Origin: Pristiophorus japonicus
Lineage: Eukaryota
Direction of reading: 5' to 3'
NCBI RefSeq assembly: GCF_044704955.1
Contig: NC_091987.1
Span: 26,598,001-26,662,000, forward strand
Length of the DNA: 64,000 bases
Position numbers and translations under genes: made by a program. A model generated the notes under the pieces. That model was not told the origin of the DNA. It did no database searches and saw only the letters and a program-made list of their open reading frames with translations. Shown here in pieces: positions 49,095 through 62,552 of this stretch; position 1 is the first letter of the stretch, and each line of letters opens with the position of its first letter.

Positions 49095-49310
49095 CATATG
49101 CTGGCCAATAGTTATCCTTCAACCAACATATAAAATCGATGGTGTGTCCATTATCATGTTGCTGTGTGTGGGAGCTTGCTGTGTATACATTGGCTGTCAC
49201 GTTTCCTACATTACAACAGTGACTGCACTCCAACAACTACATAATTGGCTGGAATGTGTTTGGGGCGACCCAAGTTTGTAAAGGCGATATATAAATGTAA
49301 GTCTTTCTTC
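49095..49310 (+). mobile_element. Degenerate DeuSINE-like SINE fragment
   Basis: Homologous to 29411-29715; ends AAAGGCGATATATAAATGTAAGTCTTTC. Confidence 0.6.
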
Positions 49311-49559
49311 ATTTTTGTATTTTATGTCTGTGGTTAATTATCGTTTATTTTACTTCCCTTAACGTTGCTATGAAATTTGACACCATATGAAATATATATT
49401 TTAAAGGATTGGCCCGCTCCCACGGGCTCGGCAAAGTTTAACACACATGGGTGATATATCATAAAGGAGTTATAAAATGAATCGCACTGAAATGTCACTG
49501 ATACATTCACGTTCATCAATATATTATTGTTTTATGAGTAACACTGTTGAGACTTATAA

Positions 49560-50620
49560 TAACATAATAACATAAGAACGTAAGAAATAGTAGGCCATAT
49601 GGCGCCTGGAGCCTGCTCTGCCATTCAATAAGATCACGGTTGATCATCGACCTCAACTCCACTTTTCCACCCCTTCTCAACTAGAGTCTAAAAATCTAAA
49701 GATCTCAGCCTCCAATATACTCAGAGACTCAGCATCCACAGCCCTCGGGGCAGAGAATTCCAAAGATTCACCACCCTCTGAGTGAAGAAATTCCTCCTCA
49801 TCTCTTTCTCAAATGGCCTTCCCTTTATACTGAGACTCTGCTCCCTATTTCGAGAGACTCAACCAGGGGAAACAACCTCTCAGTATCTTTCCTGGCAATC
49901 CCCTTCAAAATCTTGTATGTTTCAATGAGAAAACATCTCATTCTTCAGAGAGTACCGGCCTATTCTACACAATGTCTCATCATGTGACAGTCTTTTCATC
50001 CCAGGGATCAATCTAATGATCCTTCGTTGTACCGCCTCCAAAGCAAGTATATCCTTCCTTAGATAAGAAGGCCAAAACTGTGCACAATACTCCAGGTGTG
50101 GTCTCACTAAAGCCCTGTACAATTGTAGCAAGACTTGCTTACTCTTGTACTTCACCCCCTTGCAATAAAGGCCAACAGGCCATTTGCCTTCCTTATTGCT
50201 TGCTGTACCTGCATGCTCGCTTTCCGTGTTGCTTTCACAAGGACACCCAAATCTCTCTGAACACCAACATTTAAAAGTTTCTTTTTTATTCTTTCTACCA
50301 AAGTGAATATCCTCACATTTCCCCACAATATACTTCATCTACCAACTCACTGCCCACTCACTTAACTTATCTATAGCCCTTTCCAAAGGCTTTGTGTTCT
50401 CCTCATAGCTTACTGTCCCACCAGCTATGTATCATCCGCAAACTTAGATACATTACTTTCTGTCCATTCATCTAGGTCACAAATATAGATTGTAAATAGC
50501 TGGGGCCCCAGCACTGATCCTTGTGGCACCCCACTAGTTACAGCCTGCCAACCGTTAAATGACCCTTTTATCCCTGCTCTCTGTTTTTGGCCCATTAACC
50601 AATCATCTATCCATGCCTCC
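49560..50620 (-). mobile_element. Older CR1 3' fragment
   Basis: CATAAGAA-type tail, [23 protein letters not shown]...KFADDT. Confidence 0.85.
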
Positions 50621-50739
50621 AATACAAATCGTTTATCTCCATTTAGTTTTTCAAATGTCATCATAATTTTTCTCATGAAAAGAGCCCATATTTCGTTTTT
50701 TCTAAGTACCAATAATTACCTCTTCCGTGGCCACTGTCT

Positions 50740-52260
50740 TATGCTGAACCAGACTGTTCGCAAGCATTAACATCCTCCTTAACTTTAGGCTGAGCTTTCG
50801 AGCCTAGTTCCTCACCATCACCAAGTGCATATACTTCCACCTCCGTTACACTGCCCGACTCTGTCCCGCCTCAGCTCATCTGCTCCTGAAACCCTCATCC
50901 ATGCTCGGCTATTCCAATGTTGTCCCGGCTGGCCTCCCATTATTCACCCTCCATAAACCTGAGCTGATCCAAAGCTCTGTTGTCCGTACCTTAACACGCA
51001 CCAATTCCCATTCACCCATCACCCCTGTACTCGCTAACCTACATTGGCTCCCGGTCGAGGATCAACTCAAATTTAAAGTTTTTATCCTTGTTGTATATCT
51101 AACATAGTCGACGTATTTACTGAGGCACACGAAAGCATGGGCCTTACGCTAAACCGTAAGACAAAGGTACTCCACCAGCCTGTCCCCGCTGCCCAGCATG
51201 CCCCCCACAGTCATCAAGATCCACTGTGCGGCCCTGTACAATGTGGACAACTTCCCTTATCTCAGGAGCCTCCTATCAACAAGAGCAGGCATTGACAACG
51301 AGATCTAACATCGTCTCCAGTGCGCCAGTGCAGCCTTCGGCTACCTGAGGAAAAGAGTGCTTGAAGACCAGGCCCTCAAATCCACCACCAAGCGCATGGT
51401 CTACAGGGCTGAAGTAATACCTGCCCTCCTGTATGGCTCAGAGACATGGACCATATACAGAAGACACCTCAAGTCGCTGGAGAAATACCACCAATGATGT
51501 CGCCGCAAGATCCTGCAAATCCCCTGGGAGGACAAATGCACCAATGTTAGCGTCCTCGACCAGGCCAACATCCCCAGCATCAAAGCACTGACCACACTCG
51601 ATCAGCTCCGCTGGGCAGGGCCACATTGTCCGCATGCCCGACACGAGACTCCCAAAGCAAGCGCTCTACTCGGAACTCCTTCATGGCAAACGAGCCAAAG
51701 GTGGGCAGAGGGAATGTTACAGGGACACCCTCAAAGCCTCCCTGATAAAGTGCGACATCCCCACTGACACCTGAGAGTCCCTGGATATAGACCGCCCTAA
51801 GTGGAGGAAGTGTATCCGGGAGCGCGCTGAGCACCTCGAGTCTCATCGCTGAGAGCATGCAGAAAACAAGCGCAGGCAGCGGAAGAAGCATGCAGAAAAC
51901 CTGTCCCACCTACCCCTTCCCTCAACGACTGTCTGTTCCACCTGTGACTGAGTCTGGCTCTCGTATCGGACTGTTCAGCCACCTAAGGACTCACTTCAGG
52001 AGTGGAAGCAAGTCTTCCTCGATTCCGAGGGACTGCCTATGAAGATGATGATGATATCTAAAAGATCCTCCAGCCCTAATATCTTTTGTCATCTTGCACA
52101 CTCCTGATTTCCATCGCTCCACCATTGGCCGGCATGCCTTCGGCTACCTGGGCCCTTACTCTGGAATTATCTCTGCAAACCTTTACAACACTCTTGCCTC
52201 TATTCTCTATTAAGATACTCCTTAAAAACCTACCTCTTTAGCAAGCTTTTGTTCACATCC
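50740..52260 (+). mobile_element. L2-like LINE fragment interrupted by an RTE element
   Basis: ITPVLANLHWLPVEDQLKFKVFIL before 51100; L2-type 3' sequence resumes after 52062. Confidence 0.65.
51103..52053 (+). mobile_element. 5'-truncated RTE-clade LINE with (GAT)n tail; TSD ATATCTAA
   Basis: LLYGSETW-type RT C-terminus and GLFSHLRTH zinc-finger end; ATATCTAA at 51095-51102 and 52054-52061. Confidence 0.85.
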
Positions 52261-53163
52261 TGCCCCACATTAAGTTAAAGGTGCGATTTGTTATTTGAAC
52301 ATTGCTAAATAATTATTGTTATATTCGAGAATTCTCTCAATTATATGGTAAAGAAATAACAATTAAGGTTTAAATCCATTTTAGGTGAAACAAATTGTGG
52401 AGCTTTGGGGTACACATTGGTGAAAATAAACTGTGCAATTTTGCTCAAAGCCAGATCAAGGGGAAAATATGGAAGCTGCTTAAGCCTATTACAGGTGATG
52501 AAGAAATTAAGTATAGAACAAGATTTATCATTCTGCATTTCCAGCACAGATCAGGAACACATATCTGGAAATTGTACAATGCCAGCCCTATAAATGTGCA
52601 CAGGCCAAAACCAGGTGCTGGGAGTGCACAGTTTCCAATGCGTTTCAAAGAAGCACAGGGCGATACAGAGCGCAGTGGTTTGGTTGCGAGGTCAGAAGGC
52701 TGGAGCTAGCTGAATACAATCACGCTCCCGCATTCAGGAATATGCTGCTCACAAGCTGCCAACCACTGAAATGATGAGCGTCCCCCAGAATTCACAATGT
52801 GTGCTGCGGGCCAGGGGGGGTTTGCATCCTGTATGTGTTACAGTGAATATACAAACTATCAGATACACTTTAATTAGGGCCCAAATTTCCCCATCAGTTG
52901 CACCGTTTTTTTTGGTGTAAACTTGATTTTTCTGGTGTATCTTTTTAGTTGCAAATAAGGCCATTTAATTTGCGCCAGTGTAAGTAAGTTAGTTAGGTTT
53001 TTTGTTAGGTCAGTTTTTTTTTTCAAAAGGGGGCGTTCCCAGCCACTTACACCATTTACGCCAATTTGGCCAGAAAAAAGTTGTACTAAACTAACTTAGG
53101 GCAGCGTATGTGTCCACTTTTGTCCGCACAGAAAGACCTTACCTTACTTACAGTTAAGGAATC

Positions 53164-56100
53164 TGTCATGTATTCAACTGTCAGTGTAACCCATGTATAA
53201 GCTGACCTAAGTTGTACACCTTGAGAACACTGACCACAGGGGGCGAACTTGTGGGAGACACTCCTAACCAGGACTTTTCCGGTATAAAAGGGGAAGCTCT
53301 TGGTAATAAAGATAACTGGTCACAGAGTGACTTTCTCTCAAGTATGGGCCTCGTGTGCATTTATACTGTATAGTAAGGACATATCATTGGCGACAAGAAA
53401 CTGGGATTTAAACCACGCGAGCATGGCCACTAGCAGCACAGAAGAGAGGTACTGTGTTGGTGATGATTGGGACGACTTTATTGAGAGACTACAGCAAAGT
53501 TTTGTCACTAAGGAATGGTTGGGACATGATTCGGCTGACAAACGCAGGGCTCATCTCCTGACGGTTTGTGGATCCAGAAAGTACTCCCTGATGAAGGACT
53601 TTCTAGCGCCAGAGAAGCCGGCAGACAAGACGTTCGAAGAGCTCAGTAAGTTGATCGGGGCACACCTTAAACCAGCGAGCAGCATGCACATGGCGAGACA
53701 CTGGTTTTACACGCACCGGCGGCGAAAAGGGCAAAGCGTTCCAGACTTCGTGGCAGACCTCCGGCGACTGGCGAGCCTATGTAAGTTCCCAGATACATGC
53801 AGAGCGGAGATGCTGCGAGACTTTTTTATTGAGGGCATCGGGCACGCTGGGGTTTTCAGGAAACTGATTGAGACCAAAGACTTGACCTTGGAAGCGGCGG
53901 CTCTGATAGCCCAGACATTTATCTCAGGGGAGGAAGAGACCAGAATGATTTATGGCAAAAATCTTGGCTCAAATGTGACAAACAACCAGGGAGTTAACAT
54001 TGTTAATGTAAAGTCCTGTCCCCTCAGTACAGATTCACACAAGGCATGTAGTGAAGTCAAGGTCACTCTGGACCTGCACCTTTATTTCACAGCTCTGGAA
54101 TGCTGCACTTGCCTGAGACCTGTCCTTATATACCTGTCTCTTGCAAGTGCACCCCTGGTGGTAAGATGTGCTGGTGGTTACAGGTCATATCTTATTACAG
54201 TCATGTATAGCATGTTAGGATACAGTTATATATAATAATGTAAGATACATGACATCACCCTCCCCCAAGGTCTTATTGTCTTTATAGGTTCAATCTCTCA
54301 GGTGGTCTACGCTCTCGCATGGAGCATCTGAGTTGTGGTTCAGTTGTTTGCCTTGGTGTCTGTTTTTCTTTGGGTGTGGTTGCTGGTATCTCGCCTGGGC
54401 TGTCTGTTTCGATTGGTGTGATTGTTGTTGACTCGCCTGGGCTGTCTGTTGAGATTTCCCTTTCCTCAGGTTGTTCCCTCTGTCTGTCCACCAGGTGTAG
54501 TGCGAGTTCCACATTGTAGTCTGCCTCTGGTTCCACAGTGTTGTTGCTAAATCTGCTTTTGACTTGGTCTACATGCCTCCGGCAGGTTTTGCCATTGTCC
54601 ATTTGTACTACCAGTAGCCTGTTTCCTTCCTTGCCCGTTACTGTCCCTGCAAGCCATTTAAGACCCCTGCCATAGTTTAGTACAAACACTTTGTCCCCTA
54701 TCTCATTCCATCTCCCCCTCGAATTTCTATCATGGTACTCAGTCAGCTTATGGCGCTTTGCCTCAACAATTTAGTGCATGTCTGGGAGGATTAACGAGAG
54801 CCTTGTTTTTAAAGTCCTTTTCATCAACAGTTGCGCGGGGGGATTCCAGTCAGTGAGTGTGGACAAGATCTGTATGCCAGCAGCAGTCGCGACAGGCGAC
54901 CCTGCAGCGTGGGATTTTAAGCATGCCTTGTTTAATGATTTGCACTGCTCTCTCCGCCTGGCCGTTGGAGGCCGGCTTGAATGGTGCCGTCTTGACGTGA
55001 TTTATGCCATGATCAAATATAAAGTCTTGAAATTCTGCGCTGGTGAAGCACAGACCATTGTCACTGACCGATATGTCAGGGATTTGGTGCGTTGCAAACA
55101 TGGTTGCGAGGCTCTCCACAGTGGTGGAGGTTGTGCTCGAGTTTAAAATGGTGCATTCGATCCACTTTGAAAATGCATCTACAACTACGAGGAACATTTT
55201 GCCCATGAATGGGCCCACGTAGTCTACGTGCACCCGCGACCACAGTTTGGTAGGCCAGGGCCAGGGGCTCAGTGGAGCCTCCCTGGGGGCATTGCTGATT
55301 TGGGCACAAATGTTGCACTTTCAGACGCAGAGCTCCAAGTCTGCGTCAATACCAGGCCACCAGACTTGGGATCTGGCTATGGCCTTCATGAGAACGATCC
55401 CTGGGTGCTCGGGGTGGAGTTCCCGGACAAATGCCTCTCTGCCTCGCAGAGGCATGACTACTCGGCTGCCCCACATCAGGCAGTCTGCTTGTAGTGATAG
55501 CTCATGCATGCGCCTGTGAAAGGGTTTTAATTCCTCGGGGCAGGCATCGCGAGCCTCTGCCCAGTCACTGGTTAGGACACATCTTTTTACTAAGGATAAC
55601 GTGGGGTCGCTGGCCGTCCAGGCTCTGATTTGGCGAGCTGTCATGGGCGAACCTGTGGACTCAAAGGCATTGATTTCCATGACTATCTCTCAGTCCTGTT
55701 AGTCAGACCCTTCCGTGGTCGCCAGGGGTAGCCTGCTGAGCACGTCGGCACTGTTGTCTGTGCCTGGTCTGTGCCTTATTGTGTAGTCGTAGGACGCCAG
55801 CATGAGTGCCCACCGTTGAATTCGCACTGAGGCGTTGGCGTTTATTGCCTTGCTCTCGGATAGGAGGGACGTGAGGGGCTTGTGGTCAGTTTCTAACGCG
55901 AACTTGGCCCCGAAAAGATATTGGTGCATCTTTTTGACACCGTACACGCACGCGAGCGCTTCCTTCTCTACCATTCCGTACCCGCGCTCCGCCCTCGAAA
56001 GTGACCTGGAGGCATAAGCTATGGGTTGTAATTTGCCCGCACTATTGACACGTTGCAAAACGCACCCGACCCCATACGCTGACGCGTCGCATGTGAGAAC

Positions 56101-59100
56101 TAGCTTTTTACCTGGGTCAAAGAAAGTCAAAACACTGTTGGAACACAGAAGGTCGCGTGCCTTAGTGAAGGCGCGTTCCTGGGCGTCCCCCCAAAACCAA
56201 TCGCATCCCTTTCTGAGTAGCACGTGGAGAGGCTCCAGCAGCGTGCTTCAGTTCTGCATAAAGTTCCCAAAGTAATTGAGTAGTCCGAGAAAGGTGCGCA
56301 GTTCTGAGACATTCCAGGGCCTGGGTGCCAGGCGAATTGCTTCTGTTTTGGATTCTGTTGGGCGGATTCCATCAGCAGCAATCCTTCTGCCCAAAAATTC
56401 AACCTCGGGTGTGAGAAACAGGCACTTGGATTTCTTGACTTGTAGGACTACCCGATCCAACCGCTTTAGTACTTCCTCCAAATTACAGTGATAAGTATGT
56501 CGTCTTGAAATACAACCGTCCCCGGGATGGACTTGAGCAGACTCTCCATGTTGCGCTGGAATATGGCAGCTGCCGACCTGATGCCGAATGGGCATCGATT
56601 GTACATGAAAAGGCCTCGATGTGTGTTGATGCTGGTGAGTAGCTTGGATTCCTCGGTCAATTCTTGCTTCATATACGCAGATGTGAGGTCTAATTTTGAG
56701 AAAAGTTTACCTCCAGCCAATGTGGCAAATAAGTCCTCCGCTCTGGGCAGCGGGTTCTGGTCCTGTAGGGAGACTCTGTTCATGGTAGATTTGTAGTCCC
56801 CACAGATTCGTACGGATCCATCAGGCTTCATGACTGGGACGATGGGACTTGCCCAGTCGCTAAATTCCACAGGTGATATAATGCCTTCCCGCAGAAGCCT
56901 GTCTAGTTCGTGTTCAATCTTTTCCCTCATCACATAGGGTACAGCTCTGGCCTTGTGATGGACCAGTCTAGCATCCTGTGTGATGTAGATTTTGACTTTG
57001 GCCTCTTTGAAAGTGCGCACACCTAGCTGAAAGAGATGTTCAAATCGCTTTATAAATGTTGAGCAGGAGGTGCGTTCCTCTAATGACATGGCATGGACAT
57101 CATCCCATTTCCAGTTTAGTTTTGCCAGCCAGCTTCTCCCCAGCAGTGCTGGGGGGTCTCCGGGGACAATCCACAGGGGAAGTCGGTTCACTGTCCCTTT
57201 GTGTGTGACAGAGAGCATGGCGCTGCCGAGGACTGGTACGATTTCTTTGGTAACGGTCCTTAGTGTTGTAGCAACCCTTGTGAGTTTTGGTTTGTCTCTT
57301 TTATGCGGCCACAGTTCAAATTGTTGAGCGCCCATGAGAGATTGACTCGTTCCCGTATCCAGCTCCATGTTGACAGATATCCCTCTGAGTAGGACCCTCA
57401 TCATTATAGGAGCCGTCCTGTTGTAGGAGCAGCGGCCATTGATCGTGTTGAACCGCTGTACATCGGTGTCCCGGGTACTGTCCCCACCATCTTCTGGTCC
57501 GCTTTCCGACCCATCCGATTCGTATACCAGCCGAGCTGCCGTTTTTTTGCACATGCCCTGTATATTCACAATTTCTGCAAACAGCCTGCTGAAATCGACA
57601 TCCCCTTGCCGAGTGCCCACACCCACACCTCCAGCACAGACCTGTTCCATTGTTCAAAGTGTTCCCAAAGAATGAGCTGCGTCTGGCTGATCTCTCTCAG
57701 TTTGTAGTTGATTGCTTGCATTGTGGGTTGATGAGGTGTGAACGGCCGTTCCTGTGGCCCTTGATGGCTTCTGCATGCTGTCGAGAACCTGTTCTCCTGG
57801 TTTTGTCTGTGTGTGGGGGTAGCAGCTTGCCTAATGCTGTGAACTCCTTGTTCCATTATTTTGTTAGTTGTCATACCTGCATTGTAAATCAACCTCGTTT
57901 CTTCTTCCCCTAACAAGAATGTCTGTGCTACCAGTGCTACTGCCTCTAAGGTCAGGTTCTTGGTCTCTATGAGCTTTCGGAATATGCCTGCGTGGCCTAT
58001 TCCTTCAATGAAAAAGTCTCTTAGCATTTCTCTCCTCAGTTCATCGGAGAACTCACATAAACTAGCTAACCTCCGAAGTTCCGCCACTAAGTCGGGTATG
58101 CTCTGGCCCACACAGCATCTGTAGTTGTAGACCCTGTGTCTGGCCATGTGTAGGCTGCTCGCTGGCTTCAGGTGGTCTCTTACCAGTGTGCTCAATTCTT
58201 CAAACGACTTGCTTGCTGGTTTCTCCGGTGCCAACAGATCCTTCATTAAAGCGTATGTTTTCGAGCCACAGCTGGTCAAGAGATGGGCTCTTCTCTTGTC
58301 TGCCTTATCGTCACCTAACCAGTCTTTGGTTACAAAGCTTTGCTGGAGCCTTTCTATAAAGTCCTCCCAATTGTCTCCCACATTGTACTTTTCATCTGAT
58401 CCGTTGTTCGCCATTCTGTGGATTCTGTAATTCCGTAACCCGTCGCCACTGTAAAGTTCTGTCCCCTCAGTACAGATTCACACGAGGCATGTAGTGAAGT
58501 CAAAGTCACTCTGGACCTGCACCTTTATTTCACAGCTCTGGAATGCTGCACTTGCCTGAGACCTGTCCTTATTTACCTGTCTCTTGCAAGTGCACCCCTG
58601 GTGGTAAGGTATGCTGGTGGTTACAGGTCATATCTTATTACAGTCATGTATAGCATGTTAGGATATAGTTATATATAATAATGTAAGATATATGACATCT
58701 AACATGGAACATAGTTCTCTAGGCAGACACGGGCAATCGGACATGCCCCAGCATGTAGTCGAACACAAAGGGGGAATTCAACAGAGACAATGGCTAGCTG
58801 AACGGCGATTCATGCCTTCGCAATGGACAATGCGGCCAGTAATGGGGCCATCAACACCTGTTAATGGTGCGCTTAAGGAGTTACAGAGACAGTCAGAGAC
58901 GATCGACTGGTAATGGACCTTTTGTTTCCAACAATGGGGCCTTCAGCTCATGCTGGAGGTGTGGAGGCAAACACCCAGCCAGAGCTTGCAGGTATCAGCA
59001 ATATACCTGCAGAAACTGCAACGTCAGCGGTCACTTGGCGCGTATGTGCAGGAAGCCTGCAGCCAGGTTGATGTAAGAGGAGGACGGGCCCGATGTAAGC

Positions 59101-62100
59101 CCTACGAAGCCAAATGAATACTGGGGGAAATCGCTGGAAGCTGAAGTTCAGCAAGTTCATGTGGAGCACATATACAGCTCATATACCAGGACGCTACCGA
59201 TAATGATGAAAGTGCTTCTCAATGGCATCACAGTATTAATGGAGCTAGACATGGGGGCCAGCCAGTCGCTGATGAGTATCAAACAGTTCGAAAGGTTGTG
59301 GGTGTCCAAGGCCAGGAGGCCAAAATTACTGCCGATTGACGCACTGCTACGGACATATAGAAAGGAGATCATTTCGGTGCTAGGCAGCGCCACGGTAGTC
59401 GTGACCCACAAAGATTCGGAGAACAAGTTGTCACTCTGGATTGTCCCGGGGGATGGTCCTGTACTACTCGGGAGGTGTTGGCTTCCTGTCATGAACTGGA
59501 ACTGGGGCGATGTCAATGCAATTTCTTCTGTGGAGCGAGTATCATGCTCACAGGTCCTGGACAAATATGACTCATTATTTCAACCCGGCATTGGCACTTT
59601 CATGGGGACCAAGGTAGTGATTCACATAAACCCGGACGCCAGGCCAGTACACCACAAGGCCAGAGCGGTGCCGTACGTGATGCAGGAAAAGATAGAATGC
59701 GAATTGGACTGCCTGCATCATCTCGCCAGTTGAATTCAGTGACTGGGCGAGCCCGATCGTGCCGGTGCTCAAGGCGGATGGGTCGGTCAGGATATGTGGT
59801 GATTACAAGGCCACCATCAATCAGGTGTCACTCCAAGACCAGTGCCCGCTACCGAGTTCTTTGCGACGCTATCCGATGGCAAAAATTTTTCAAAATTGGA
59901 CCTGACCTCAGCTTACATGACCCAGGAGCTGGTGAGTGAGTTGAAGAAGCTGACCACCATCATGACACACAAGGGGTTGTTTGAGTATAACAGATGTCCG
60001 TTCAGGATTCGTTTGGCCACCGTGATCTTTCAGCAAAATATGGAAAGCCTCCTCAAGTCGATTCCAAGGACGGTGGTTTTTCAAGATGACATCCTCATCA
60101 CGGGTCACGATACTGAAGAACACCTCCACAACCTGGAGGAGGTGCTACGCAGACTGGACCAGGTAAGGCTGCGACTGAAAAAGGCGAAGTGTGTCTTCTT
60201 AGCTCCAGAGGTAGAATTCCTGGGAGGAGGGTAGCAGCAGACGGGATCAGACCTACTGTGTCCAAAATGGAAGTGATCCAGAGAACAGCCTGACCCTGTA
60301 GCACGACGGAGCTGCGTTCATTCCTGGGGCTCCTGAACTATTTTGGCAACTTTCCTCCAAAATTAAGCATGCTGTTAGAGCCGCTACATGTGCTCCTACG
60401 CAAAGGTCTCGATTGTTTCTGGGGGAACAGCCAGGAAAGGGCTTTTGATAGAACACGCAATTTCTTATGCTCCAATAAACTGTTAACGTAATATGACCCG
60501 TATAAGAAACTATTTTAAAGTGTGATGTATCGTCCTATGGGGTCGGGTGTGTGTTGCAGCATGTGAATGACAATGGTCAGTTACAGCCGATAGCTTATGC
60601 CTCCAGAAGTCTGTCCCAAACAGAAAGGGGCTACGGGATGGTAGAAAAAGAAGCGCTAGCATGTGTATATGCAGTTAAAAAAATGCACCAGTACCTGTTT
60701 GGCAGGAAATTTGAGCTGGAGACAGATCACAAACCCCTTACGTCCCTTTGGACCGACAACAAGGCCATAAATGCGAATGCATCGGCCCGCATACAGAGGT
60801 GGGCACTTACGTTAACCGCCTATGACTACACAATTCGGCACAAACCGGGCACTGAAAACTGCGCCGATTCACTCAGCATGCTACCACTAGCCACCACTGA
60901 GGGGACAACTGAGCATGATGCTGAGATGGTCATGGCTGTTGAAGCTTTCGAAAGCGAAGGCTCACCTGTGATAGCCCGTCAGATTAAAGTCTGGACAAAT
61001 AAAGACCCGCTACTGTCTTTAGTCAAGAAATGTGTCCTGAATGGGGACTGGGCAGCCACGTACGGGGCATGCCCTGAGGAGTTTAATCCGTTTCATAGGC
61101 GCAAGGATGAACTCGCGATTCAGGCCGATTGCCTACTGTGGGGAAACCGAGAAGTCATGCCCCAGAAGTACAGAGAGGTGTTTATCAGAGAACTTCACAA
61201 TGAGCACCCGGGCATTGTCATGATGAAGGCAATTGCCAGATCACACGTTTGCTAGCCAGGGATAGATGCAGACCTGAAACTTTGAGTTCGCAGGTGCAAC
61301 ACGTGTGCTCAGCTGGGCAACGCACCCAGGGAAGCCCCCCTTAGCACCTGGTCCTGGCCCGCCAAGCCATGGTCACGCATCCATGTGGACTACGCAGGTC
61401 CTTTCATGGGAAAAATGTTTTTGGTTGTAGTAGACGCCTACTCCAAATGGATTGAGTGTGCCATTTTAAATTCAAGCACATCTTCTGCCACGGTCGAAAA
61501 TCTACGGGCAATGTTCACCGCTCATGGTCTACCGGATGTCTTGGTCAGCGACAATGGCCCGTGCTTTACAAGTACTGAATTCCAGGACTTCATGGCAGGC
61601 AATGGAATTAACCGTGTCAGAACGGCACCGTTCAAGCCGGCCTCAAACGGCCAGGCGGAACGAGCAGTGCAGATAATCAAACAGGGGATGCTCAGAATCC
61701 AAGGGGGTTCCCTACAAAGCCGCTTATCACGCCTTCTGTTGGCTAATAGATCCCGACCACACTTGCTCACAGGGGTTCCACCCGCAGAGCTGCTAATGAA
61801 AAGGATGCTCAAAACCAGGTTATCCCTTGTACACCCTACTATAAAAGAAATTGTTGAGAGAAGGCGTCAGTCACAATGTGACTACCATGACAGGAATGCG
61901 AGGGCGCGATGTATTGATGTCAATGACCCTGTTTTTGTCCTTAATTACGCTGCAGGGCCCAAATGGCTCACAGGCACTGTGATTGCCAAAGAGGGGAATA
62001 GGGCTTTGGTAGCTAAACTTACCAATGGACAAATCTGCCACAAACACGTGGATCAAACTAAAAGGAGGTTCAGCAACCCCATAGAAGAAGCAGAGGAAGA

Positions 62101-62552
62101 ACACGACGTAGAGTTTACTCCACCACAGGTGACCGAACACTGGAACCACTGTGGGCAGTCCGGAGAGGCCTGAGGCACCGCAAACAGTAGACACTCAGGC
62201 CAGCGCCCAACAACCGGAGCCCCAACTCAGACGCTCTACAAGGGAGCGTAAACTACCAGAGAGACTTAATCTGTGATCCCAATAAGACTGTAAGGGGGAG
62301 GTGATGTCATGTATTCCACTGTCATTGTAACCCATGTATAAGCTGACCTAAGTTGTACACCTTGAGAATACTGACCACAGGGGGCGAACTTGTGGGCGAC
62401 ACTCCTAACCTGGACTTTTCCAGTATAAAAGGGGAAGCTCCACCCACCGTCTGTATCTTGAGTTCTTGGTAATAAAGGTAACTGGTCACAGAGTGACCTT
62501 CTCTCAAATCTGGGCCTCGTGTGCATTTATACTGTATAGTAAGGACATATCA
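53164..62552 (+). mobile_element. Gypsy family D, LTRs 53164-53386 and 62305-62552, TSD GAATC, with a nested family B element
   Basis: TG..CA LTRs, PBS TGGCGACAAG and PPT AAGGGGGAGG. Gag runs 53423-54006 and resumes at 58698; PR, RT, RNase H and integrase ORFs lie at 59161-62173. Confidence 0.95.
54007..58697 (-). mobile_element. Gypsy family B, copy 2; LTRs 54007-54254 and 58450-58697 (about 8 differences in 248 bp)
   Basis: Matching LTRs and PBS TGGCGACGGG; gag-pol ORFs 54282-58414 closely similar to the 29850-34251 element. Confidence 0.95.
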
